A stretch of 64,000 bases of DNA, from NCBI RefSeq assembly GCF_009914755.1, contig NC_060934.1. The stretch is one strand, 5' to 3'. A program made the translations under genes and the position numbers. Positions 1-11,700 of the stretch are shown here, piece after piece. The notes below the pieces were generated by a model that ran no database searches, was not told the DNA's origin, and saw nothing but the letters and a program-made list of their open reading frames with translations. Positions within the stretch are counted from its first letter, which is position 1, and every line of letters begins with the position of its first letter. This DNA comes from the human T2T-CHM13v2.0 reference genome, Homo sapiens.

Positions 1-12
1 TCTCACATTTAA

Positions 13-311
13 TTTTTTTTTTTTTTTTTTTGAGTCAGAGTCTCACTCTGTCACCTATGCTGGAGTGCAGTGGAGTGATCTTGGCTCACTGAAACCTCCA
101 CCTCCCAGGTTCAAGCCATTCTCCTGCCTTGGTCTCCCAAGTGGCTGGGACTACAGGCTCCTTCCAGCATGCAACTGATTTTTGTATTTTTAGTAGAGAC
201 AGGGTTTCACCATGTTTGCCAGGTTGGTCTCGAACTCCTGACCTCAAGTGATCCACCTGCCTCAGCTTCCCAAAGTGCTGGGATTACAGACGTGAGCCAC
301 CACACCCGGCT
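13..311 (-). mobile_element. Alu (AluS-type)
   Basis: Poly-T followed by reverse-complement Alu; flanking repeat ctcacatttaattt at 2-15 and 314-327. Confidence 0.95.
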
Positions 312-1029
312 GACTCACATTTAATTTCCTATCCCACCACCACGTAGTCTCACTGCCATCACATTGGTTTAAGATCTTTGTGCCAGTCTCACGTGATAAA
401 GGGGGAAATTGTTAGGCAAAGTTACAAAAAATAAAAACCCTTCCAGCAACTCCAGCTTCCCTTTCTTGTTCCTTCAGCCTTTTAACATCTTGTAAAACTC
501 CCCTGGGTGAAATCCCTCTGTTTGAAATACCTAGTATGATGATTACTGTTTTCTTAACTGGACCCTCACCAATAAAGCCTCAGTATCTCTTTAAAGAATC
601 TGCTAATTTTTGTCCTCACTTCTAGTTCCACTCTATTCCAATCCATATCAAACATCCCTACCTGCTTAATCATCCTAAAACAAAATGGTGTTTACATCAC
701 TCCGCCACTCAGAAGATTTCTCAGAGTCCATATCACCCACAGAATTAAAAACAAGCTGGCATCTCAAGGCCCTCTGCAATTATGATAAACATATCTTCCA
801 GATACATCTCCAACTACATGCCTCCATATGTCCTAATAGATCTCCTCTGTTCCCTCATGAAAGAGTCTACATCCCTCCTTTGTGCCTCTCTGTGTTCATT
901 CTGTTTCTTCCATCAGATTTCTCTGCCTTCCCATCCTAACCATTTAAAATTCTGCTCACTCAAGTGTCATTTCCACCATGAAAATGTTTTCCTAATTTGC
1001 ATTCCTGAATCCCTATTGGTGATCTTAAA

Positions 1030-1513
1030 AGACCATATGTCCACAAAGTCTCAGATATTTTGCCCTTCAAGAAGTAAAGCTTACTTTTTCACCACTGAGT
1101 GTGAGCTGGACTTAGTGACTTGCTTGATGAATAGAACAGGGTGAAAGTAACGGTGTATAACTTCTAAACCTGGGTCATACAATGCACTGTAGCTTCCTCC
1201 TTGCTCATTCTCTTGGGTCACTCACTCTGAGGGAATCTAGCTGCTGTGTCGTAAGGATAGGAAGAGTGAGGAACTGAGGCCTTTGGCCAACAGCCACATG
1301 AACAAACCATCTTGGAAGTGGACCTTCAAGCCTGGGTCAAGCTTTCAGATGACTCAACCTTTGCCATCACCTTGATTGCCATAGAACCTAAACCAGAGCC
1401 ACCTAACCAAGACAGAATTCCTGACCCATAGATCATGTGAAATCATAAGTGTTTGTTGTTTTAAGCCACTATAGTTTGGGGTAATTTCCTACTCAGTAAT
1501 AGACAATTACTAT
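1030..1513 (+). mobile_element. MaLR LTR (MLT1-type)
   Basis: MLT1-like motifs gagctggacttagtgacttgc and the terminal tgttgttttaagccactatagtttggggtaattt; boundaries approximate. Confidence 0.7.
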
Positions 1514-1748
1514 CCCACTGTACCTTCCTTTGGTTAATTATAGCTAACTGTATATTTCTGTGTATCTCTATATTTCATAGTCCTTCCTTCTATCCACCAC
1601 CTAGAAAATGACCTCATAAGGGAGATGAATTGTGACATATTTAGTTGTGTGTCCCCTGAAGTGACACTAGCAAAGTACCTTACAAAAAGCAAGTGGTCAA
1701 TGCATTTTTCCTTCTAAGAGTATAGAATAATGTCACTTTTAAGAATGT

Positions 1749-2233
1749 ATCTGCTATAAAGACACTTGCACACATATGTTTATTGTGGCACTATTCACAA
1801 TAGCAAAGACTTGGATCCAACCCAAATGTCCATCCATGATAGACTAGATAAAGAAAATGTGGCACATATACACCATGGAATACTATACAGCCATAAAAAA
1901 GGGTGAGTTCATGTCCTTCGCAGGGACATGGATAAAGCTGGAAACCATCATTCTCAGCAAACTAACACAAGAACAGAAAATCAAACACCACATGTTCTCA
2001 CTCTTAAGTGGGAGTTGAACAATGAGAACACATGGACACAGGGAGAACATCACACACTGGGGCCTGTCGGTGGGTGGAGGGCTAGGGGAGGGATAGCATT
2101 AGGAGAAACACCTAATGTAGATGACGGGTTGATGGGTCCAGCAAACCACCATGGCACATGTATAGCTATGTAACAAAACTCCACGTTCTGCACATGTACC
2201 CCAGAACTTAAAGTATAATAAAAAATTAAAAAA
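1749..2233 (+). mobile_element. 5'-truncated L1 3' end (L1PA7-like), inserted into a MIR
   Basis: L1 ORF2 C-terminus plus 3'UTR (ggagaaacacctaatgtagatgacgggttgatggg), A tail, target-site duplication (TSD) aagaatgt at 1741-1748 and 2234-2241. Confidence 0.9.
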
Positions 2234-2241
2234 AAGAATGT

Positions 2242-2390
2242 GGACTCTGGGATTAACCATACCTGTGTTCAGAATCCAGCTCTACCATTTGCTAACTGTG
2301 TGAAATTTGGAAAGTTACCTACCTTCTCTAAGACTCAGTTTTCTTATACAGAAAATGGAAATACCAACAAAGCCACCTCACTGTTTTGTG
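2242..2390 (+). mobile_element. MIR fragment
   Basis: MIR core-like gaatccagctctaccatttgctaactgtgtg...ctcagttttcttata..aaaatgg. Confidence 0.6.
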
Positions 2391-3385
2391 AGTGCAGAAG
2401 TGGGGAAAACACTTAATCCCTTTTTCCTCATGTGGGGATGCTTCCCACATGTGATGAGGGAGGCTTCCGCTCTCCTCCCCAAGAGGGAGCAATGTTAAAG
2501 TGATGCTTTTAGGCCATCTCATTATCCCTCTCACTGGCCCCTTCACACAGCAGGAGGAAAGTGTTTAATAGGTTAGACTAGTAGAACCTGACATTGCATG
2601 ATGGACATTTATGATCATTGTTCTGGTCAATGCTCCAGCCGCTCTTCTTTCTCACATTCATGAATGTTAGCAGACATTAACAGAACACATTCTCTCTTAG
2701 TGACCTGATTCCATGCAGAAAATAGTACTGGGTCAGGGCTTAGAAATTGCCTTAGAAAGTTAGAACTGGAAGTTTATCGTTCACTGGCTTGGTTGGTTGC
2801 TTGCTCGCTTTCTATCTCTCTCTCTCTCTCCGTCTCCTCCTCCTCCTTTTGTATGGATGTGACAATTTCAAATTTGTACAAAAATAATCAGAATGCTATA
2901 ATGAATCCCTATGTGCCTATTACCCAGCTTCTATAACTACCAATTCACGGTCAACCTCATTTCAATGTTGCATTTTAATTCGCATCCGATTCCTCACATG
3001 TATTCTCAATTGTCTGAGAACTTGAAGAAGTGCTTAGTGATTAATGGGTGCTCTCCCAACTTCTAACAAGGAGGATTAAATAAGGGAATATATATATAAA
3101 AGTCACCTGGCACATTATAAGCTTTCAACAAAAACATTAGCATTAATAATGATGATGAGTCATCAGCAGAAGTGAAAGCAAATTTTGACCAAGATAACTT
3201 AGACTGAAATAGTGAAGATCATTTTCCTTGTAAGATTATCTGCTATATTGTCCAGAGCGTATAATATTGAAGGTAATAGAATTTCACTGAATGAGAAACC
3301 AAGAGGAATTATTTCCTGTCACATTCACCCACTTTTCCTTAAACCATATCATTTCTTCATTCATTTCTCCTCTCAAATCACTTAC

Positions 3386-3535
3386 CTCCAGCCTGAGCCT
3401 TTGTGATACCATGCCTATGTCGATGCTGACAAACACTGTTCGATTGGACCCATCAGGTTCTGCCATGATGAAGGCACGACTGTATAGCCTGGTGAGGATG
3501 CCCTGTGCATTCTGGCCGGATTTGCCATAGCCCAT
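3386..3535 (-). CDS. ASAH2: ASAH2 third coding exon (aa 121-170); the gene continues beyond the left edge of the window
   Basis: ORF track 3284..3535: MGYGKSGQNAQGILTRLYSRAFIMAEPDGSNRTVFVSIDIGMVSQRLRLE. Acceptor TTTAG|ATG, donor GAG|GTAAGT, 150 nt, phase 0. Confidence 0.96.
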
Positions 3536-4105
3536 CTAAAGAGGAAGAGACAATCAGAGCTGCTCTGTCTCATTCCCCTGCTACTAGAAACCAGGCACAA
3601 ACATACAATATAGACGACTGCAGAAAAACAAAGAAAAACATCCACATGACATGGTGGCTCTGAGTGAGAGGATATATGTTTCAAAAATTAAAAAGAAAAA
3701 GGAACAAAGAAAGCCAAAAAATATCATAAAAGAGGCTTGAATCCTCTGTGTAGAAAAATGCAAAGGCAAAGAATCGATCAGGTTGGCAGAAGCTGTTCCC
3801 TGGCTTATGGGCAGGAGGGAGCTGGTGAGGCTTTGGAAATTCTGTTACTAACACTAACACGAGAGATCTTTCTGGCCTTTCTGGTTTTGGCAATGGCTCT
3901 TCTTCTCCTGCCTTCTAAGGTACTACAGGAAAAAATATTTCCTCTACCTCCATCCCACATTGCCCAGGAACATTTTAAAGGTTGAAGGCTTTCCCATGTT
4001 TGTTGTTTAGTGTATGATTTTGTTTTCTGAAGAAAGTGGTATATTTATAATTAAGTATTCTTCACAGAGGGTACCTCGCCCTGGCTTTTACCATAGTATC
4101 ATTCC

Positions 4106-4474
4106 TGTCGTGGGTGCAACAGGCTGGTAAATTCCTTTACTGCCCATGACATGGGGTGGTAAAGAAATTTACCAAGACAATCATAGGTAAAGAAAGGCAG
4201 ATTTATTAGGCAAAGTATGAAAATATGTTGCAAGGGCTCAACAGGCAGCACAGCAGAGAAGGGGCTGTCTGCAAAGAAGCAGGAGCTGGAGGGAAATTTT
4301 ATAGGGTCACGCTGGAGCGGGACATATGCAGAACGACGTTGTGCTGCTGGGGCTACATGCAGAGTGAGGTATTTGGGAACAAGATGTTGTGGCAGCAGGC
4401 TGTCCATGATTAGCCATCTCTCAGAACAATTGTTCTCCCCAACCCTGGGACTCCTGACTTATCAGGACTCTACA
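4106..4474. mobile_element. Solo ERV-type LTR, family unassigned
   Basis: TG...CA termini, flanked by attcc/actcc (5-bp TSD, 1 mismatch); minus-strand AATAAA (tttatt) at ~4202. Confidence 0.55.
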
Positions 4475-5405
4475 ACTCCTTAAACCAAATCAGATCACAT
4501 ACACCTATCCCAAGCCACTTCTCTCACCATGTCATAAAATTTACCCATAAAACTACACCCAGGTCTTTAGAATGCCCCCTCTACTGTTTGCATTACCCCT
4601 CCTGGGAGTGTTTATTTAGGGTTCACATTCCAGGATCACTTTTCAGAACACACAGTCAAGAATCATATCTGGAAAGTAAAGATTACTTGGAGGGAGGGAG
4701 TGAATCCCATCAGACAACTTCATGCTCTGGTTTCCTAGTGAAGCACTGACATAAATGGGTATTTCCATCACATAGCCAAGACTAGCAGTCAATAGGGCCA
4801 TACCTGACACATAGAAGTTTTATTTGCTTTCACAGTATTAGTCCAACCTAGGTTTCCAGTTTTAGCTAGAGTTGCCTTTATTTTTTAAGTAAGAGATTTG
4901 AATCTTCAACTCTTTAATCTGGGGATTTGGGGGCTTCTTTTAAAAAACTGCAAGATAGGGCAGCCCTGAGCCCCCATTTCTTACATGGCAACAATCAGCT
5001 AGATTCATGTACTTTATTTGTGCTTTTTTTTTCCTCAAAGTTCCCACCATTTCCTACTACCTCCCACCCCCAAACTGAGCATTCACTAGACATTTCTTAT
5101 GTTACACTGGCCTGGTGATGTCATTTAAGGTGCCTGCTCACCCCCTGTAGTATTTGAGTTTGCCATCTCTGCCACTTCTGCTCATGAAAAAAAAAGGCCA
5201 ATGGATTTTACAGGGGAGTTGTGATTGAATAAAAGTTTTCCTCTTCCTTCTAGTATGAAATTCATAGTGCTAGACAGCAGCAAGGTCAATTAAAAAGCTA
5301 AAAGAAGATAATGATGATGTTGTAATAATCAGAAATGAATGCAGGTTGTAAAATAATAAAATTACTTGTTTCACAGTCTCCTTAAGGAGCCCATTGTCTA
5401 CTTGC

Positions 5406-5638
5406 CAAATTGATATCTGCTACTTGTCCTGTGCAGTCAGCTCGTCCAACACCAATATGGTAGCCACTGAAGTTCTGAAATAGAGGAGACTCTGGGGTTA
5501 AAGGCACTGGAGAAGTTTGAGTGGCTGTGGAGCTCTGGGTGGCTGTGGAATGCTGGGTGGCTGTGGAGCGTTGGGCAGCTGTGGAGCCCTGGGTGGCTGG
5601 AGGGCTTTGGGTGGTTGAAAAAAAATGGCCTCCTAAAT
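5406..5638 (-). CDS. ASAH2: ASAH2 second coding exon (aa 43-120; Ser/Thr/Pro-rich mucin box and start of catalytic domain)
   Basis: Acceptor TTTTAG|ATTTAGGA. Translates DLGGHFFSTTQSPPATQGSTAAQRSTATQHSTATQSSTATQTSPVPLTPESPLFQNFSGYHIGVGRADCTGQVADINL. 233 nt; 127+233=360 keeps frame. Donor TTG|GCAAGT. Confidence 0.96.
5517..5615 (-). repeat. 18-bp coding tandem repeat (STATQx units) in the ASAH2 mucin box
   Basis: Recurring (g)gtggctgtgga / gcagctgtgga with 18-nt period, about 4-5 degenerate units. Confidence 0.8.
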
Positions 5639-7337
5639 CTAAAACAGAATAAGAGATTTGAGAAACAACATTTCAGCCCTCTTATTTGTCAACATCAATT
5701 AGAACACAATATATAGGCTCAGGTTCATAAGGAAAACTCTTTATATATTTTCTTATACATAAAAATATATAGACAGGAACAGCTCAAGAACCTGTTTAAA
5801 AATCATAATCCTAAACAGGATGAGAAATATTTCAGACTAACAATCAAGGCCTCTGTCAAATATCCTTCAACTCCTCATCACGAGCCATTCCTTGTCAAAC
5901 TCACTGCCTTCACTCAACACCCTGCTCTTCTTTTCCAGCTAAACTAAACAGGTGCCAGGTTTACTAAATCCAATATCTGGGGATTGGTTTCTTCCATTTT
6001 TTCTATCCAGACTCCTCACTCCTTTCCTCTCCATCTACCAAACTCCACCACCTGCTTCAGAGTTAGTCCATTTCCATCACAGCTAGATCCGACTCAACTC
6101 CTCACCTGCAGGATGCCACCCCACTGGCTCTACCTTGGCTCTGATCCTCTTTGACCTTCTGAAGACTTATTTTTAATGCAACCTAGATCACTGTATACAT
6201 GTTGATATAATTTCATCTTAATTATTCTAGTATTTATATATTCATATCTTTATGTGTATGTATTTATACACATATATTCTATATTAATGTATGCATATAT
6301 ATTTATTATACACACACATACAAATATCAAGGGAAGCAGAATGACATATAGGATTTTTGTAAGAAGACAGATGCAGAAACAAACTGCCTGGGTTTGAAAC
6401 CTGAATCTACCACTTACTAAGTGAGCAAATCACTTAGCCTATTTCACCCCAATGTTCTCAGCTATAAAATGGAGATTATAATAATATCCTGCTTCCTGGG
6501 GCTGTTTTGAACAATAACTATGTTCACTAATATTATAAACTTAGAACAATGGCTACTATGTAGCTTTGATTTTCTTTACCTATTTAGACATGTTATATAT
6601 TCATCATTTTGTTTATTTCCCTTCCTCAGACAATAGTCAGGAGTTGCCAAGGCATCAAATATCAGTGTCACAAGGCATTTGTAGTCAGAAAGTACTTAGG
6701 CAAGAGATTTATAGCTGATTCTTTCTGAAATCCTGGAAATTCAGAGCTCAAAAAACTTAGAGATCACCTAACATAATCTCCTCAGTTTTGCAGATGAGAA
6801 AACTGAAAGTCAGAAAAGTGACTTAACCAATAGTTAATGGAGAGCATGTGATGAATCTGGTATGCAATCCAGATCCTCAAACTCAGGATCTGATGCTCTT
6901 TCGACCAAATTCTAGGTGGAGTTAGCATCCATGTCTTCTCATTCCCAAGCCGAGATTTTCTTGAAGACATCAAATATTGCAAGGAGTGGAGCAGGCACCT
7001 TCGCTATTGCTTCACTGCTACCAGCATAGGAATGTCATGCCAACTAAAGCCAAACCTAACACATAGCCAAGGGTAAGTTATTTACAATCTCAGGGTCTCC
7101 GTTTCCCCAAGCGTAAAATGAAACTAATGTAAACAGTAGGACTAGCATCCACCCTTATAGGATTTTTGTGAGAATTAGATGAGAAAATATTCTAGAATCC
7201 TCACTATAGTGCTCAACATAGAAACCATTTAATAAACAGTAACTACTGCCATAAGAATAGTTGCTGTAATTAATAATAACCTCCCTGAGTCTCAGCCTCC
7301 TGATTTCCTAATTTTAAGAGCTAAAACTGAATAATTA

Positions 7338-7648
7338 TTTTTCTTTTTTTTTTTTAAATGGAGTCTCACTCTGTCACCCAGACTGGAGTGCAGTGGCGTG
7401 ATCTCAGCTCACTGCAACCTCTGACCCCTGGGTTCAAGCGATTCTCCTGCCTTGCCTCAGCCTCCCGAGTAGCTGGGATTACAGGCGTGCACCACCACAA
7501 ACAGCTATTTTTTTTTTTTTTAATTTTTAGCAGAGACAGGGTTTTGCCACGTTGGCCAGGCTGGTCTCAAACTCTTGACCTCAGGTGATCTGCCTACCTT
7601 GGTCCCCCAAAGTGCTGGGATTATAGGTGTGAGCCACCGGGCCCAGCC
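7338..7648 (-). mobile_element. Alu (AluS-type) in ASAH2 intron
   Basis: Reverse Alu; TSD aaaactgaataatt at 7323-7336 and 7649-7662. Confidence 0.95.
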
Positions 7649-8667
7649 AAAACTGAATAATTCTTAATGATCCTTTCACTTCTATCAGTCTATGACCCTG
7701 CTGTGCCTACTGCTGGATCAGAGGATCTCTGATCCTCTGTGTTTGCCAGGAATTCAAAGCCCTGGGACATAGTAGAGAATGTGCAGGAAAAGAGACAGGC
7801 TACAAAAGGGAAAACTGAGGTAGAAAATATCATCTTCTCCATTTGGCCTAAGGCCAGCCCTGTCTTTACTTTGGTCAGAGCTTCAATCTTTACCAGTCTT
7901 CTCTACTCATTTAACAGTTATGTAACCTAACACTGACTGGAACAGAGGCTCCACCAAGACCCACTGCCAATCTTTGTGTAAATGTAGCCTACGTTGTTCT
8001 CAAAAACTTTGTTTCCAACATTTTAAAAAATCATGAGATATCTAAAAATTCCAATTTCCAGGTTCTCTGGAAAACTCAGGAGATCTGAGATCATGTGTTC
8101 TCTCTACAACAAACAGCTGCCACCTGGGAGAGGCTGTAGGCCTTCTTCACAAGAATTGCACCTGTCTCCTCCTTGGTCCACCTCCTCACTCCACCTCATC
8201 TGCAAAACTTGATTAGCCCTTGTAAGGATTTACGTTTGAGACCCCTTTCTCTAAAGCTCTTCACAGACTAATTGACATTCATTCAGTGAGTCTTTCATTC
8301 TCCTTTTGCCCCCAGGAGAAAATGATGTCTACAAGGAGGCAAATTGAAAGATTAGAGGCTCATGGTAAAAGCTGCCATTACTAGACCTTGACGAATCTTG
8401 AGCTGTGCTTAGATCAATGGAAAAACTAATGGCAAACAAGTACATGTCAGAATGCCTGTCAGCTGGCTATTGGGGACAAAGGTAAACTTGATAAAAACTG
8501 CTATCAATGCAGAATGGGCAATTAATGCAAAGGGAGACGGCTATTCCAGGCTGCTTAAGTACACGTAGAACTATCAGCAGACACTGTTTTTCTCTTTGGT
8601 GTCCACAGTAATCAAGAAGTTTCATACAGGCCTAAAAATTGCATCTAAGAGAGCCCATGACACTTGC

Positions 8668-8794
8668 CTTTGTGGTTTTCAATGGTCCCACTGGTGATAA
8701 ACAAGAGGCTGAGAAGGGCCACTGTGATGGCACTCATCATTACAAGGAGGAAAATCAGGAATGTCTCCAAGTTAGAGAAGGTGCGTTTGGCCAT
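8668..8794 (-). CDS. ASAH2: ASAH2 neutral ceramidase, first coding exon (aa 1-42 plus 1 nt; N-terminal signal/anchor helix). The exon including 36 nt of 5'UTR spans 8668-8830
   Basis: Minus strand reads ATG(8794) MAKRTFSNLETFLIFLLVMMSAITVALLSLLFITSGTIENHK, the recognised N-terminus of human neutral ceramidase. Polypyrimidine/CAG acceptor at 8831; donor AAG|GCAAGT at 8667; 127 coding nt. Confidence 0.96.
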
Positions 8795-11578
8795 TTCTTC
8801 TCAGGTACAGCAGAGATGGAAGAAGAAATACTGAAGAGGAAGAAATCACAAATTAAAATGCAAATGCTTTAAGCCAACCGAGGTTAAGATATCTTAGCTC
8901 TTTCATATTAATAGACTATACCAAGAACGACAAGTACAGAGCACTTACCACTCATTCCATAGACCAAGCCCATGGCAGACAAGACCAATCAATTACAGCA
9001 TTCTTTTTGAAAAGCTCGAATGTGGTTTCCAAATCTTTCTCAACACAACACTCCTCCTGGCAGCAACCATTCATGATTTAGCATTGGCCACTGAGCTCAA
9101 CTGAGCTAAAATCTATTTGCATTCCTCAGCCATATCACACTGCTTTCATTTATGGCGATGATGCTGTTTATGGATCTGTACATGGGTCTGGGCTGAGAGT
9201 GCCTCTGTTAACAAGGATGACTGATGCACGCATACTTCTTGTATTTGGGAGAAGGCTGGCTGGGGTTAGGACAGTACTCTGTGGTCATGGACTTAGTAGA
9301 ATTATCTTGTTCACCTGGAGGTGAAACCCGTAACTTTGGCCTTTACACTCTATGTTTTAACTTTCAATTACTATCTGGTGAGAAATGGGCATGGAAAAGG
9401 GAATTAGTACCTCTGGTCTGAAGGCAGGCATTACAAAAAACATCCCCCTTCAGTGATCAGAAGGATCCCAAACACTTTGCAAACCCTGTATCAAAGGATG
9501 AGAATTTAAAATGTTCCTATGTTCTACAAAAGTATCAAATGTCATTACAGATTCCTTAAGATGTTTTAAGGGAGGGAGAATTAATCATTACTCAGAGGAA
9601 CTATACAAGTTAAAACCCCATATAATGTAATAGAAAGAAATATAATATGGTGGTTAAAAATTTAGTTTTGAAATCTGACTCCAGCAGTCAAATTTCATTT
9701 CTGCCACTTACTGGATGACTTTGGGAAATCCTCCCCCAATACTGAACATCAGCTTCACCATCTATAAATAGGAATATGATTATGATCATCTTATCTCAAA
9801 GTTCTTATAAAACCTATCTCATAAATTTCTTATAAAAATAAGATGAGATGAAGCAACAGTACTTCTTTTGTTCAATAAATGCTCAAACTGGTAGCATTTT
9901 TTAATAGATTCCAAAGTAGCAAAGAGTCTGTGCTCTTCCCTGTCCTTTAAGGGAATTTACAGGAGGCTAGTGTTAAAGGATGATTGGAATCACAGGTGGG
10001 ACCTTCAGAGCCCATTTTCTTAACCTGTGCTTTAGGAAGCCTGAGAGGTGAAATGGTATTGGAATCCCAGGATTTGCCCCCAAAATAGGGGATTTGTGGC
10101 TAAGATGCTGCTACCCCCAAGAGTTAATAAATGGCAACAATGTAGATGTATTTAGTACAGTCAATTTTTTATTCAATTTGACTTAGGTAACAAGATATAA
10201 AAAAATAGCATTCAGAGTTTATAAAGAGTTTACATTTACAATCCTGAAATTTCAAATTATCTCCTAAAATAATTCGTAAAATATGATGACACTGAGCCAG
10301 CATTCCCGTGTGCCAAGAGTTTCCTAAAACTCAGTGCTGTTGTTCTCTTTAGATGGGGGATATATTCTTCAACCTGCCAATCTCTACCCAGCAGGCCTTA
10401 TTTATCTAAGTTACTACCTGGTCTGTGCAAGCATTTGATTTTGCAATTCCTGGGCTAGAGGTGAAAGATCAGTCTAACAGCAGACACTTCAGAGGGTAGG
10501 CTGAACTGGGAGTGGGCAAAGAGACTGGAACATCTTCCCAAATTTTCTGGTTATTGGGAAGCTTTCCTCATCCACTTATCACCACCATAATGCCCTTAAC
10601 CACCAGCAGCAGGGACAACTTCAAATGTGGAGCAAAACAAGTCAGATCTGTGACTTATGATCAACTTCTATTGTCAGTTTCCAGGAGTCAGGAAACACAT
10701 CTAAGACATGCCTCTGAACTCTAAGGATCTACAGATAATTACTACTCATTAGCAGCTGTTTCACCAGCAAACTTCAAACCCAGTATCTCTAGTTTTTGCT
10801 CAGGGCTTTGGTTCTCTAAGCCTTCCTACTAGCCAAGATGACTGACAGCTGGACCTCCCAACCCCAGAGCATGGACAGGCAGATTGTGTATGTAAATGTG
10901 GTCATGTGTTAGAAGCCTGTGTATCAAACAGAGAGGGTACAAAATAATACTTCTTTTTTGTTTCTAGTTTTGCGTTGGTGAGCTGATGATATTTTATGCC
11001 ACTCAACAATGGCACTTGATTTAACATTAGTGTTTCCACCTATTACGTGGACTTGAATGATCTACCTCATGTGTTTCATCATTCTGTTTAGCTGCCAGAA
11101 TTGTTGCCAACACAGTAACATTCTTTTTGAACCACTTTAGCTAACTTGACCACCACCTTTAAGGAACTTAAAACTTGGGTTAGCACTATTTATTTCTCAT
11201 TGGTGATTAAAATCTGAATTTGAATGTTAAAGCAGATGCCTTCCCTGCCTTTAGAATGAAACACTCCTTGGTAGAGCTAAGCCAATAATTATATCTTAAA
11301 GGATTCTAGATTTTATAATGGTTCACACTTAATCTGTAATAATCCTGAAAACTCAGTAATGAGGCTCTCATGGCACAATAGCAAGCCGTTTGCCACATCT
11401 TCACATAACGGGGTCCCTGTTTTTCAAGGAGAGAGTAAAAGGTAACAATTTGGCAAAAGAGGGTTCCAAAGCTATGAGATAAATTGAAGCTTTAGGGTCT
11501 CTTCAAGATCTCTGAGACAATAGGATAATTCAAGAGCCCTCCTTCCCTCCTTCCCCAAGAAAACATAGCTGTCCTTAC

Positions 11579-11700
11579 CTGATTCTAGTACTCAAAAGAG
11601 GTTTTGCATCCCAGTGAAGCAAATGGCCATCCAGAATCCTGTCCCCTTTCCCCTTGCACGTTGCTGGGCTTACACCTCTCAGCACTTTCTGAAACCTACT
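11579..11700 (-). promoter_or_regulatory. ASAH2: Candidate ASAH2 non-coding first exon / proximal promoter (5' boundary approximate)
   Basis: The ATG exon starts with a splice acceptor, so an upstream exon must exist. Strong minus-strand donor CAG|GTAAGG at 11579/11578 in unique sequence; GATA-type motifs (TGATAA, TTATCA, AGATAG) at ~11790-11850. Confidence 0.55.

Noticed and set aside
7358-7588. Alu-derived ORFs (also 14295, 19415, 21795, 58510)
   Set aside because: Typical translations of Alu sequence, not genes.
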